A stretch of DNA of 64,000 nt. It comes from an uncultured bacterium (GTDB taxonomy: Bacteria; Krumholzibacteriota; Krumholzibacteriia; Krumholzibacteriales; Krumholzibacteriaceae). Shown here in pieces: positions 40,566 to 50,519 of this stretch; position 1 is the first letter of the stretch; every line of letters begins with the position of its first letter. A program made the position numbers and the translations under genes. The DNA lies in contig CBDUYR010000005.1 of the NCBI GenBank assembly GCA_965371515.1, forward strand, positions 18,591 to 82,590, given 5' to 3'. Under the pieces are notes generated by a model, which saw only the letters and a program-made list of their open reading frames with translations, was not told the origin of the DNA and did no database searches.

Positions 40566-41501
40566 TCAGTCAATTTTACCGAGCGCCATCATCGAGGCCC
40601 CGACGAGCGAGGCCATGTTTCCCAGCTCCGCAGGGACGACCTTCACCGAAGCGAATATGTCTGCCATCAACTGCCCGCGCATCGATTCCCTCGCCGGTTC
40701 GAGGATCAGGTCCCCGGCTCCGGCCACCCCGCCTCCGACAGCGATCACCTCTGGATTAAAGAGGTGTACGATGTTCGCAAGCCCCGTTCCGAGCGCACGT
40801 CCCGCTGCGGTAAACGCCTCGATGGCCACTTCGTCCCCACCGGCGGCCGCCCCGGCGACATCTTTCGACGTGAGGCTTTCGCTGTCCTCGAGGACCGATT
40901 CAGCGCCGGCCGCGATCGCCGACCTGGCCCTTGAGACTATCGACGAGGCGCTGGCCATCGCCTCGAGGCAGCCGGCCGTTCCGCAGGTGCATTTCGGCCC
41001 CGACGGATCTATGACCTGATGACCGATCTCGCCGGCCAGACCCTGCCATCCACGATAGAGACGGCCGTCGGCGACCACGCCGCCGCCTATTCCCGTCCCC
41101 AGCGTCATGCAGACGAAGTGCTGCGTACCCCTGCCTGCCCCGAGGATATATTCGCCCCATGCGGCGCAGTTGACGTCGTTGTCGACCGTCACCGGCATGC
41201 CGAGCGCGCCGGAGAAGAGTCCGCGGAGATCGAGATCCTCCCAGCCGGGCAAGTTCGGGGAATAGTACAGGTATCCCTTCGAGCCGTCTATCAGTCCCGC
41301 GCAGTCGATACCTGCGGCAACCATCTCCGGATGGCCGGCACGTCTTTCCTCGAGCCACGCCGCAATCCTCTCCGCCGCATACCGCGGGCCTTTTCCGGCC
41401 AGGGTGGGAATCTTTTCCCTCTCGACTATCTCGCCCTCCGCCGACACGATGCCCAGCTTGATGTCCGTGCCGCCTATGTCGACACCGAGTATCTTCTTCA
41501 T
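40566..41501 (-). CDS. ROK-family glucokinase
   Basis: GVDIGGT, DNDVNCAA.GE, TLGTGIGGG, GEIGH, CTCG..GCLE. Confidence 0.92.
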   Translation of the reverse strand: MKKILGVDIGGTDIKLGIVSAEGEIVEREKIPTLAGKGPRYAAERIAAWLEERRAGHPEMVAAGIDCAGLIDGSKGYLYYSPNLPGWEDLDLRGLFSGALGMPVTVDNDVNCAAWGEYILGAGRGTQHFVCMTLGTGIGGGVVADGRLYRGWQGLAGEIGHQVIDPSGPKCTCGTAGCLEAMASASSIVSRARSAIAAGAESVLEDSESLTSKDVAGAAAGGDEVAIEAFTAAGRALGTGLANIVHLFNPEVIAVGGGVAGAGDLILEPARESMRGQLMADIFASVKVVPAELGNMASLVGASMMALGKID

Positions 41502-41527
41502 CACGTTTCCTTTCACCGATGCGCCGC

Positions 41528-42841
41528 CTACATATGAGCGACGGCCTCCTCAACCGCAAGATGCGATCCTAGTATCAGCATCGTATCGCCCGACCTTGTC
41601 AGACTGCCGGCGAGCTTCATCGCCCCGGCCATTCCGCGAGTCGGCCTTAAAGTTGCCATGCTCCTGACTGTCGCCGCCTCATCGGAAAATCTCGTGGCGA
41701 GTTCGTCCCGCCCGGCGGCCCCTTTTTCTTTGAGGGGCACCAGAATTATCTCACGCGCAGATCGCATGGCCTTCGCCGGGAACCTGCCTAGTCGTTTCCT
41801 GGCCATCACACCGAACACGATGACGTTCCTTTCAGGGGGAGAGAGTCCGAGGAGCGTATCGAGCGAGGCGCATAGCGCCTCCTCGTTATGTGATACGTCA
41901 AGAATCAACCGTGGTTCCCCGTTAAGTACCTGAAATCTTCCGGCGAATGCCGCGTCGGCCAGCCCTTTTCGTACGGCGACCCTGCCGGGACTACGCCCCG
42001 GCATGAAGATCTCGGCCACCCTTACCGCCGTCGCCGCATTGGAGATCTGGTGCCTCCCGATCATCCTCGTCCTCACCGTTCCGTAATCGCGCAGCGGTGT
42101 GGCAAGAGAAAAAGTCATTTGCGCGGCGGCCGTACTCCCCGCCGATAGATCGACATCCCGTGATACCGGATAAAACGGGATGCCCATTTTCACGCAGTGC
42201 CTGCCCGCTCTTTCCTCGAGTCCCTTCGTGGATAGATTGGCGACGAGAGGGGCGCCCGGCCTCGTTATACCGAGCTTCTCGTCGAGTATCCTCGCCCTGG
42301 TTCCGCCGAGATGTTCGCTGTGGTCTATCGCGATTCCGGTTATCGCCGTAACTCTCGCGTCGACGAGTCTCGTCGCGTCGAGACGACCTCCGAGGCCGAC
42401 CTCGTAGACTGCCGCGTCTACATTCCGCTCGTTGAACCATATCGCCGCGGCGGCAGTGACGCCCTCGAAGAAGGTGAACGGCGTCTCGTCGTAACATTCC
42501 CTCAACTTTCCTGTGATGCGGTCGAGTTCGGGGCTGGGGATCTCCTCGCCGTCGATCCTGATCCTCTCGTTTATCCTGAATAGATGGGGCGAGTAGAAAG
42601 TGCCTGTCCTGAGGCCCGCGGCCCGCAGGATCGACGACACGAATGTCGTTACCGAGCCCTTGCCGTTAGTCCCGGCTACGAGAATAGCGGGCACGTCTGC
42701 CTGCGGATCCCCGTGATAACGGAGGAGGGCGGTGATGTTCTCGAGGCCGAGCCGCATCTTCGTCGGTCTCAAAGAAAAGAGAAAATCAATCGAGGGAAAG
42801 GGGATTCCCCTACCTGATAAGCGTGATCGTGTTCTGGCCAT
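41528..42841 (-). CDS. folC: Folylpolyglutamate/dihydrofolate synthase
   Basis: AGTNGKGS, SPHL...NERI, TFFE, EVGLGGRLDAT, GRF, DVSHN. Start uncertain. Confidence 0.9.
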   Translation of the reverse strand: MARTRSRLSGRGIPFPSIDFLFSLRPTKMRLGLENITALLRYHGDPQADVPAILVAGTNGKGSVTTFVSSILRAAGLRTGTFYSPHLFRINERIRIDGEEIPSPELDRITGKLRECYDETPFTFFEGVTAAAAIWFNERNVDAAVYEVGLGGRLDATRLVDARVTAITGIAIDHSEHLGGTRARILDEKLGITRPGAPLVANLSTKGLEERAGRHCVKMGIPFYPVSRDVDLSAGSTAAAQMTFSLATPLRDYGTVRTRMIGRHQISNAATAVRVAEIFMPGRSPGRVAVRKGLADAAFAGRFQVLNGEPRLILDVSHNEEALCASLDTLLGLSPPERNVIVFGVMARKRLGRFPAKAMRSAREIILVPLKEKGAAGRDELATRFSDEAATVRSMATLRPTRGMAGAMKLAGSLTRSGDTMLILGSHLAVEEAVAHM

Positions 42842-43715
42842 TCTCCCTCTGCTCCGCCTCCGCGCCTGCCAGCCCGGAGCCCGTGAGCGAGTCGAGAACA
42901 AAAACGAGGGCTTTCTTGAGCTCGCGGCGGTTCTTGATCATGTCTATCATCCCGTGCTCGAGCAGGAACTCGGAGCGCTGGAATCCCTCTGGAAGCTCCT
43001 CGCCGACCGTTTCGCGGATCACCCTCGGACCGGCGAAACCGACAAGGGCCTTCGGCTCCGCAATGATCACGTCGCCCTGGAACGCGAACGAAGCGGCCAC
43101 GCCGCCCGTGGTCGGATTGGTAAGTATAGAGATGTAGGGAAGCCGTGCCCGCGACACGGCGGCGACAGCGGCGGATGTCTTGGCCATCTGCATCAGCGAG
43201 AGGATCGACTCCTGCATACGCGCGCCGCCCGAGGCGGAAAGGATTATCAGCGGAAGCCGGTTGTCTATGGCGAAATCGGCGACCCGCTTGATCTTCTCGC
43301 CGACGACCGATCCCATGCTGCCGCCGAGGAAACTGAAGTCGAGAACGGCGAGGGCGACGGGGTGGCCCCCGATGGCTGCGGCACCGGTGATGATCGCCGA
43401 GTTGCGACCCGTCTTCTTCTTCGCGTCCCTTATGCGGTCGCTGTACTTCTTGCTATCCCTGAAGTGAAGGGGATCGACCGAGGACAGTCCTGTCTCTGTC
43501 TCCTCGAAAGAGCCTTCATCCACCAGTATATCAATAAATGCTGAGGCGTTTATCCGGAAATGGAACTCGCACTTCGGGCATACTGAACGCTGCCTGAGCA
43601 GTTCTTTCCGGTATAGGATCTCGCCGCAGGAGGGACATTTTTCCCAGAGCCCGTCCGGGACTTCCTTCTTCCTCCAGGTCTTGATCCCCTGTTTTGCCTT
43701 CCTCAGCCAGTTCAT
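42810..43715 (-). CDS. accD: Acetyl-CoA carboxylase carboxyltransferase beta subunit
   Basis: W.KCPSC..CPKC zinc finger, GGSMGSVVGEK, SGGARMQE, PTTGGV.ASF. Confidence 0.96.
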   Translation of the reverse strand: MNWLRKAKQGIKTWRKKEVPDGLWEKCPSCGEILYRKELLRQRSVCPKCEFHFRINASAFIDILVDEGSFEETETGLSSVDPLHFRDSKKYSDRIRDAKKKTGRNSAIITGAAAIGGHPVALAVLDFSFLGGSMGSVVGEKIKRVADFAIDNRLPLIILSASGGARMQESILSLMQMAKTSAAVAAVSRARLPYISILTNPTTGGVAASFAFQGDVIIAEPKALVGFAGPRVIRETVGEELPEGFQRSEFLLEHGMIDMIKNRRELKKALVFVLDSLTGSGLAGAEAEQRENGQNTITLIR

Positions 43716-43835
43716 GTCGTCACCTCTCGGACTGCCGGGATGATTTCTGCCCCGTTGCGGGGATCCGCCCCGTTCCCGGGACTTTCGGCGTTCACTTAAT
43801 TTAACACCCTGCAGGGAGCGTCAAAAAGCGTTTTT

Positions 43836-44615
43836 TTACATCTTCGCAAGTAACGGAAGCATCCGGGATAGCGCTTCCGCCCCCCTCTTACCCTCCTCCA
43901 GCACCTCCATATGCCCTGTAGCGCCCATAGAAACATTCGGAGCGAAATTCGTGATAAACGACAGGCAAGCCGCCTCGAGCCCTTTTTCAGCCGCTGTGGC
44001 GAGTTCTGGGAGGGACGACATCGTGGCTGCGTCGGCCCCCATCAGGGCCGCTGCCACCGCTTCCGCAGGCGTCTCGTAGGCCGGCCCTGCGGTCCAGCAG
44101 AGCACCCCATCGGCGACCTCGATTCCCGATTCGGCGGCTGCAGAGGCCACCAACCCGCGAAGACGCAGCGATACGGCGGGCCTTGCCGATGACCTGAACC
44201 GGGAATCGCTCCACGGCAGCGCGACGATCCCAGATGGGAGCAGCCAGGACCCTACGGGCAGAGACCGCTTCAGGCTCCCCGCCGCCTGGGTGAGAATGAT
44301 CCGCCGGCATCCAAACGCCGCAGCCGCCGCTGCGGCGCTGCCCGCGCCGTCCCATTCCGCCCCCTCGTAGAAATGCGCCCTTCCGGCGAAGACAAGCAGT
44401 CTCCCTCTCCCCGTATCGAGAAGAAGAAGCCTTCCCGGATGACCCTCGACGGCAGGAACGATCAAGCCTTCGATGCCGGCATACCCGGCCTCGGCGAGCA
44501 CCTTTCCAGGCCATCTTCCGGGAGACAGGCCCGAACCGATGACCACGGCAGTACCCGCAGCGCCCTTCAGCTCAGCCGGGAATCCGCCCGTACCAATGTT
44601 TTCCCCGCTCGTCAA
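43836..44615 (-). CDS. Purine nucleoside phosphorylase (trimeric PNP family, divergent)
   Basis: IGSGL, VEGHPG, GRAHFYEG, GPAYETPAE, ITN. Confidence 0.85.
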   Translation of the reverse strand: MTSGENIGTGGFPAELKGAAGTAVVIGSGLSPGRWPGKVLAEAGYAGIEGLIVPAVEGHPGRLLLLDTGRGRLLVFAGRAHFYEGAEWDGAGSAAAAAAAFGCRRIILTQAAGSLKRSLPVGSWLLPSGIVALPWSDSRFRSSARPAVSLRLRGLVASAAAESGIEVADGVLCWTAGPAYETPAEAVAAALMGADAATMSSLPELATAAEKGLEAACLSFITNFAPNVSMGATGHMEVLEEGKRGAEALSRMLPLLAKM

Positions 44616-45103
44616 TCCTTCCCCCGATCGATTTCATTCCCGCTTTTATTCCGTATGTCCTTCTCGAAGATCAGAGCGTCCTCGCCCGAATCGGGATAGT
44701 AACCCTTCCGCCGGCCGACCTGCCTGAAACCGTGCTTCTTGTAGAACCTGATTGCGCGGTCGTTGTTCATCCTCACCTCGAGGACCACAATGAGGCATCC
44801 CATCTCCCTGCTCTTTTCCACTGCCTCGGAGAGAAGCATCGCGGCCGCCTCACCGCCCCTGTCAGCGGGGGCGATCGCTATACTGAGGATGTGCAGTTCC
44901 TCATACCCGTACCAGGAAGATATGTAGCCGATGATCCTGTCGCCTGAGAGAATTACGAGGTTCTCCGTATAGCTAGACAGGTAGAGCTGCATCGTGAACA
45001 TGCCTTCGTCCCACGGCACGGGGAACGACACGCGTTCGATCTCGAGGAGCGGGGGTATGTCTTCCTGGACCATTCCCCGGATGACAAGCTCCCCGGGAGT
45101 CAT
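44612..45103 (-). CDS. rimI: Ribosomal protein N-acetyltransferase
   Basis: IERVSF..PW, LEVR..N..AI.FY...GF...GRRKGYY....EDA. Confidence 0.88.
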   Translation of the reverse strand: MTPGELVIRGMVQEDIPPLLEIERVSFPVPWDEGMFTMQLYLSSYTENLVILSGDRIIGYISSWYGYEELHILSIAIAPADRGGEAAAMLLSEAVEKSREMGCLIVVLEVRMNNDRAIRFYKKHGFRQVGRRKGYYPDSGEDALIFEKDIRNKSGNEIDRGKD

Positions 45104-45825
45104 CGGCCGCCCCCGGGCCGGAGTTTCGCGGATGAAGGCAGCTTGGCGTCGGGCGGCCTTATGTATAGAGGTTCGAGAGCCGAGAGCCCGTCGTAGGGAA
45201 CGGCATCGCCCTCGAGAGCCAGCGCCGCCGCTATCGACGCCGACGGCGTCGACCATCGCGGACCGCAGTAACGTGTTCCCGCGGGAAGGGCCTCCACGAG
45301 CTCACCGCGGTAATTTTCAGATCCGGTGCCGCAGACGATGACGGGTCCATCGATACCGGTCTCCAGGATGCGTCTGCCCAGCGAACCGGGAACGGACGCA
45401 AACGGCGGCAGTATCTCGACGGGAAGATCGCCGGATGTATCGTACACCGCCGCGTAGACCTCTCCCCTGCGGGCGTCTATCAGCGGGAGAACGGGTACGC
45501 CGGCGAACGGAACGGCGGCCGCGAGCAACTCGAGCGAACCTACAGCGGCCACCGGACGCCTGGCGACTGCCGCAAACCCCTTCACCGTGGCAAGGCCTAT
45601 CCGCAATCCGGTGAACGAACCTGGACCGATCACCGTGACGAACAGGTCGATCTCCTTTATCGCCGCGCTGGCTGCGGCGAGGCATTCGTCTACCGCGGGC
45701 ATGAGAGTGGCCGAATGTGTGTCGCTCGCGTCGAATATGATCTCGCAGAGCGGTTCGCTACCCCTCGTAACAGCCACGCTTCCCTTCATGTGCGAGGCGT
45801 CGAGAGCAAGCACGAGCGGCTTCAT
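45100..45825 (-). CDS. tsaB: t6A biosynthesis protein TsaB
   Basis: LALDAS, HS..L.P, GPGSFTGLRIG, DARRGEVY, LEPLYIR. Confidence 0.93.
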   Translation of the reverse strand: MKPLVLALDASHMKGSVAVTRGSEPLCEIIFDASDTHSATLMPAVDECLAAASAAIKEIDLFVTVIGPGSFTGLRIGLATVKGFAAVARRPVAAVGSLELLAAAVPFAGVPVLPLIDARRGEVYAAVYDTSGDLPVEILPPFASVPGSLGRRILETGIDGPVIVCGTGSENYRGELVEALPAGTRYCGPRWSTPSASIAAALALEGDAVPYDGLSALEPLYIRPPDAKLPSSAKLRPGGGR

Positions 45826-46331
45826 GCTCCCTCCTCCCATCCCTCGAGGGCATCCATTATCGCGGGAGGCGCCGAGATCTCGATCTCCCTCTCATCGCGG
45901 TCCGTTATCCTGATCGATATTGTCACGTCGAATTCCATTGTTCCTTCGGGGAGCCGGTCTCCCCATTCGACCACGACGATGTTCCTTCCATCGACGGCGT
46001 CGAACATCCCTATCCTCTCGACCTCACCGAGCTCCTCGAGCCTGTAGAGGTCGTAATGAAGAAGGGGCACATCACCGCCCCGGTATTCTTCGACGAGGAT
46101 GAACGTCGGGCTGAGGATCTCGGCCTCGATGCCGAGGCCTGCGGCAATACCCTTGACCAGCGCCGTCTTTCCGGCCCCGAGCCGTCCCTCGATCGAAAGG
46201 GTAGTGCCGAACGGGATGATCGCGCCGAATCGCCTGCCGAGGACAAAGGTCTCTTCCGGCGAATGTGTCAGGATCGTCCCTGTGTGCGACGGCCCCACTG
46301 TACCGTCCAGCCGTTTAACGCTGTTACTCAT
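45822..46331 (-). CDS. tsaE: t6A biosynthesis ATPase TsaE
   Basis: G.LGAGKT, SPTF, HYDLYRL, VEW. Confidence 0.93.
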   Translation of the reverse strand: MSNSVKRLDGTVGPSHTGTILTHSPEETFVLGRRFGAIIPFGTTLSIEGRLGAGKTALVKGIAAGLGIEAEILSPTFILVEEYRGGDVPLLHYDLYRLEELGEVERIGMFDAVDGRNIVVVEWGDRLPEGTMEFDVTISIRITDRDEREIEISAPPAIMDALEGWEEGA

Positions 46332-46417
46332 ATTGATGCGGAGTCTAACCGACCGGGGGAAGCGCGCCAACAATAACCTTACTTGACGATGATAGGTGAA
46401 TCCCGCCGGATGACACG

Positions 46418-47998
46418 TCACCTCGGGGTCATCGTGATGCAGGGGATGATCATTTCCTCGAGCGAGATGCCACCGTGCTGAAATGTGTCCTGATACAGCT
46501 TCTCGTACTCGTGAAAGCGGGTCGGATAGACGAAGTAGTAGTCCTCCCTCGCGAGGATGTAGTTCTTCGACGGGCTCTCGGCGGGCAGCCTGAAGTCTGC
46601 CGGTTTCCGGATGAGCAGAGTCTGTTTGGGATCGCCGTTGATGTTCTCACCGAACTTGTACCTCAGGTTGGTCGACGTCTCCCTGTTGCCGTGCACGAGG
46701 CTCGCCTTCTGCCCGAGGATCGCTCCGTGATCGGTGGTGATCACCACGGTCGCGCCAAGCTTCGATATCTTCTGGAGGATCTCGAAGAGGGCAGAATGGA
46801 TGAACCACGACCTCATCAGCGACCTGAACGCGCTCTCGTTGGGAGCGATCTCCTGCAGGATGTCGCTCTGGCTCCTGCCGTGGGCGAGAATGTCGAGGAA
46901 GTTGAAGACCATAACGACCAGATCGAGCGCGCCGTACGTGTCGACCTGCCTGCGGATGTCATTCGCCTCGTCGGCATTGTAGATCTTCGCGTACTTCGTC
47001 TTGAGGTGACTCATTCGGGCTCTCTTCATCTGCAAGTCCATCAACTGGCTCTCGTACCTGTTCTTGCTGAATTCATCCTTGGAGCGCTCCAGCCAGAGCT
47101 CGGGGTGCTGTTTCTCGATATCCTCGGGATAGAGCCCCGCGAAGATCGAGTTGCGTGAGTACGGAGTCGCGGTCGGAAGGATCGAATAGTACGAATCCCT
47201 CGTGATGTTGAAGAAGGGAGCTATGATGTCCTCGATGGTGAGCCACTGGTCATACCTCATGCAGTCGATCACTATGAAGTAGACCTGCTTCTTCGCGTTG
47301 AGGTGCGGGAAGATATATTTACGGAATATGTCGACGCTGAGCGTCGGTCCATCGTTGGAGCGCAGCCATGATGAGTAGTTCTCCTCTATGCAGCGTGCGA
47401 ACTCGACGTTGCACTTCTTCCTCAGATCAACGTGGATCTGGTCCATGCCGGTCCCGCCGAACCGGTCGAACTCGAGGTCCCACTGACAGAGCTCCTGCTG
47501 GATCTGAGCCCACTGCTTCCAGTCGGGCCGCTGCGACACCTGGTCGTCTACTCTCCTGAACACCTGCAGGTAATCCTTCGAGGCAGCTCCCTCCTGGATA
47601 CTGTGAGCCTCGAGAACGCGTTTGATCGCCGAGAATATCTGCAGGGGATTGATCGGCTTGAGCAGGTAGTCGTCTATCTTCATGCCGATAGCCTGGTTCA
47701 TCAGCCCCTCGGCCTCGTTCTTCGTGATCATGATGACGGGGATGTTAGCGGAGATCTCCTTGATCTCCTGCAGTGTCTCGAGTCCGGTCTTGCCGGGCAT
47801 CGATTCGTCGAGCAGCACGAGGTCGAATAGCTCCTTCGAGAGCACGCTGACCGCCTCGCCGCCGCTCGAGACTCCCTTCATATCGTATCCCTTCCCCTCG
47901 AGGAAGATCATGTGCGAGCGCAGCAGGTCTATCTCATCGTCGACCCAGAGTATCTTCTTCGCTTTCAATTCGCCGTGCCTTTCCAGAGTTGATCTCAA
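46418..47998 (-). CDS. porX: PorX-like response regulator (receiver plus PglZ/alkaline-phosphatase-like domain)
   Basis: ILWVDDEIDLL, LLDESMPG, DCMRYDQW, LPTATPYSRN, NFLDILAH, TTDHG, FQHGGISLEEM; next to tsaE. Alternative start at 47968. Confidence 0.88.
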   Translation of the reverse strand: MRSTLERHGELKAKKILWVDDEIDLLRSHMIFLEGKGYDMKGVSSGGEAVSVLSKELFDLVLLDESMPGKTGLETLQEIKEISANIPVIMITKNEAEGLMNQAIGMKIDDYLLKPINPLQIFSAIKRVLEAHSIQEGAASKDYLQVFRRVDDQVSQRPDWKQWAQIQQELCQWDLEFDRFGGTGMDQIHVDLRKKCNVEFARCIEENYSSWLRSNDGPTLSVDIFRKYIFPHLNAKKQVYFIVIDCMRYDQWLTIEDIIAPFFNITRDSYYSILPTATPYSRNSIFAGLYPEDIEKQHPELWLERSKDEFSKNRYESQLMDLQMKRARMSHLKTKYAKIYNADEANDIRRQVDTYGALDLVVMVFNFLDILAHGRSQSDILQEIAPNESAFRSLMRSWFIHSALFEILQKISKLGATVVITTDHGAILGQKASLVHGNRETSTNLRYKFGENINGDPKQTLLIRKPADFRLPAESPSKNYILAREDYYFVYPTRFHEYEKLYQDTFQHGGISLEEMIIPCITMTPR

Positions 47999-49251
47999 TC
48001 GACGGGGAAGATGAGCTGGAAGGTCGTCCCCTCACCCAGGTGTGTATGAGCGACCTTGATCGAACCCCCGTGTATCTCCTCGACGATCCTCTTGACAAGG
48101 GCCAGTCCCAGCCCCCAGCCCCTGCTCTTCGTCGTGTAGCCCGGGTCGAAGACCTTCTTCTTCATCCCCGAGTTCATTCCCTTTCCGTTGTCGCGGAAGA
48201 GGATCACCACGGCGTTCTCGCCGCGGTCGACCCTCCCGGTAATATTAATCTTTCCGTTCTCCCCCGCAATCGCATCGAGGGAGTTTTTTATCAGATTCTC
48301 GAAGACCCATCCGAGCAGGTCAGCGCTGCAGCGGATCAGCGGCAGCTCTTCGATATCGATCTCGATCGTCGAGTTGATCTTCAGGGCCGGCCGCCGACGC
48401 TCGAAATAGTCGACCGTCTCCTCGATTATCGGGGAGATCTTCTGATATTCGAGGGAAGGTGCCGATCCGATCTTGCTGAACCTCGATGAGATCCTGCTCA
48501 GCCGGTCCACGTCCGCCGAAGCCTCGTCAATGGGCTCATCCAAGGCATTCGAACAACCCTCCTCGGACGCCTTCTCGCGGATGATCGCGAGCCAACCCAT
48601 GATCGACGAGAGGGGCGTACCGAGCTGGTGAGCAGTCTCCTTCGCCATCCCCACCCAGATCAACCTCTTCTCCCCGGTCTTGACGGCCCGCATCCCGAGC
48701 AGGCCGAACAGGATAAAGATAATAAACACACCGAGCTGCACAAACGGCGCTACACGCAACTCCCTGCTCAGTTTCGAGGCACCGTAATGGATCACCAGCG
48801 CGAGCGTTTCCGATTCGACGCTGACAGGATCGTTGATCCCGTCGAACTCCATGGCGGCACGCTGCACCTTCTCGAGCAGCGGATCGTCTGGATCATCCGG
48901 ATCGAAATCTATCACCCTGCTGTACTCGTCATCGGCCAGCATCTTGATCCCGATGCCGCTCCACACTATCGGCCTTCCAGCACGGTCGGTCAGGACGAAC
49001 GGGAGCGTTATCGCTTCCCGGACCTCCCTGATGAAATCCTGGCTAGCTTCTTCACTAACGTCTTTCAGTGCGATGCCGATGAACTTCGAGAAAAGCCTTG
49101 TAGTATGCCCGGACTGGGCCTTCATCCTCGTCATGAGGCTATTGTTGTACCAGAAAGCACCGGTGACGAGTATGACCGTGCCTGCCAGAAAGTATATTTT
49201 GAGGAGAACCGGCAGATTTCCCGGAATTCTCAGCGCGGGCCTACGCTTCAA
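47995..49251 (-). CDS. Two-TM sensor histidine kinase, PorY-like
   Basis: WVGMAKETAHQLGTPLSS, WVFENLIKNSLDA, DNGKG, F.PGYTTK.RGWGLGL. Confidence 0.85.
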   Translation of the reverse strand: MKRRPALRIPGNLPVLLKIYFLAGTVILVTGAFWYNNSLMTRMKAQSGHTTRLFSKFIGIALKDVSEEASQDFIREVREAITLPFVLTDRAGRPIVWSGIGIKMLADDEYSRVIDFDPDDPDDPLLEKVQRAAMEFDGINDPVSVESETLALVIHYGASKLSRELRVAPFVQLGVFIIFILFGLLGMRAVKTGEKRLIWVGMAKETAHQLGTPLSSIMGWLAIIREKASEEGCSNALDEPIDEASADVDRLSRISSRFSKIGSAPSLEYQKISPIIEETVDYFERRRPALKINSTIEIDIEELPLIRCSADLLGWVFENLIKNSLDAIAGENGKINITGRVDRGENAVVILFRDNGKGMNSGMKKKVFDPGYTTKSRGWGLGLALVKRIVEEIHGGSIKVAHTHLGEGTTFQLIFPVD

Positions 49252-50512
49252 TGTACTCCTGTCCTCCCATGTAGGGGACCAGTGCCTTCGGAATCCTTAT
49301 TTTACCGGTCGGGGTCTGGTTCAGCTCGAAGATCGTAACGATGATCCTCGGCAGGGCGAGCCCGGAACCGTTCAGCGTGTGCACGAATTCCGGTTTCGCG
49401 CTCCTCTCCCTTTTAAACCTTATCCGGGCCCTTCTCGCCTGGAAATCCTCGAAATTGCTGCAGGATGAGACCTCGAGCCACCTGTCGGAACCCGGCGCCC
49501 ACGTCTCGATGTCGTAGCACTTGGCCGCCGAGAAGCTCAGGTCGCCGCTGCACAGCTCTATGGCGCGGTAGGGTAGCTCCAGGACCTCCAGAACAGCGCA
49601 GGCGTCGTCGAGCAGGATCTCGAGGTCCTCGTATGACCTCTCCGGCAGGGTCCATCTCACCATCTCGACCTTGTCGAACTGGTGCACTCTTATCATACCC
49701 TTCGTCTCCTGGCCATAGCTCCCCGCCTCCCTTCGGAAGCAGGGGCTGAATGCAACAGCCTTCATCGGGAGATTTTCACCGTCGAGAACGGCGTCGCGGT
49801 AGATATTTGTCATCGGTACTTCCGCCGTCGGGATCAGGAAGAGGTCGTCCTTCTCGCAGTGATACATGTCTTCTTCCATTTTCGGAAGCTGGCCGGTGCC
49901 TATCATCGAATCCCTGTTCACCATGTACGGGACCGCCAGTTCCTCGTATCCCTGCTCCCTGTGGATATCGAGCATCAGAGAGACGAGCGCCCTCGAGAGC
50001 CTCGCACCGTCGCCCCTGAGGACAACGAAGCCCCTTCCGGATATCAGCGAGCCGGCCGACATGTCGAGGATACCGAGCTTCTCCCCGATCTCTTCGTGAG
50101 GAAGCGGTTTTTCGGGCAGCTCCGGTATCTCGCCCCAGCGCCTTACTTCTGGATTGTCGGCTTCGCACGTCCCGTACGGGACAGAGTCGTGGGGAATGTT
50201 GGGAATGCCAAGCTCGAGCGAGGCGATCTTCTCTTCTATTTCTTTCAGCTCACCGTCTATCTCCTTGATCCGGCCTGAATTCTCCTTCATCTCCTCCATG
50301 AGAGATGACGGGTCGTCGCCCTGCTTCTTGAGGGCGGAGATCTCTTTCGATACGGTGTTTCTTCTCTGCTTGAGCTTTTCCGTCTCCTGGATCAGGTCGC
50401 GCATCCTGCCATCGAGCTCGAGGAATCCGTCGATATCAAAATCAGCGCCCTTTGCGGCAACGCCCTTGCGTACTTTTTCCGGATCTTTCCTTATCAGTTT
50501 TCTGTCGAGCAT
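49241..50512 (-). CDS. serS: Serine--tRNA ligase
   Basis: LIPTAEV, CFRREAGS, RVHQFDKVE, EVSSCSN, HTLNGSGLA. Confidence 0.97.
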   Translation of the reverse strand: MLDRKLIRKDPEKVRKGVAAKGADFDIDGFLELDGRMRDLIQETEKLKQRRNTVSKEISALKKQGDDPSSLMEEMKENSGRIKEIDGELKEIEEKIASLELGIPNIPHDSVPYGTCEADNPEVRRWGEIPELPEKPLPHEEIGEKLGILDMSAGSLISGRGFVVLRGDGARLSRALVSLMLDIHREQGYEELAVPYMVNRDSMIGTGQLPKMEEDMYHCEKDDLFLIPTAEVPMTNIYRDAVLDGENLPMKAVAFSPCFRREAGSYGQETKGMIRVHQFDKVEMVRWTLPERSYEDLEILLDDACAVLEVLELPYRAIELCSGDLSFSAAKCYDIETWAPGSDRWLEVSSCSNFEDFQARRARIRFKRERSAKPEFVHTLNGSGLALPRIIVTIFELNQTPTGKIRIPKALVPYMGGQEYIEA

Positions 50513-50519
50513 CGACCCG

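Noticed and set aside
46418..47998. PglZ domain as part of a BREX/Pgl defence system
   Set aside because: It is fused to a receiver domain and flanked by a kinase and tsaE; no brxC, pglX or brxL nearby.
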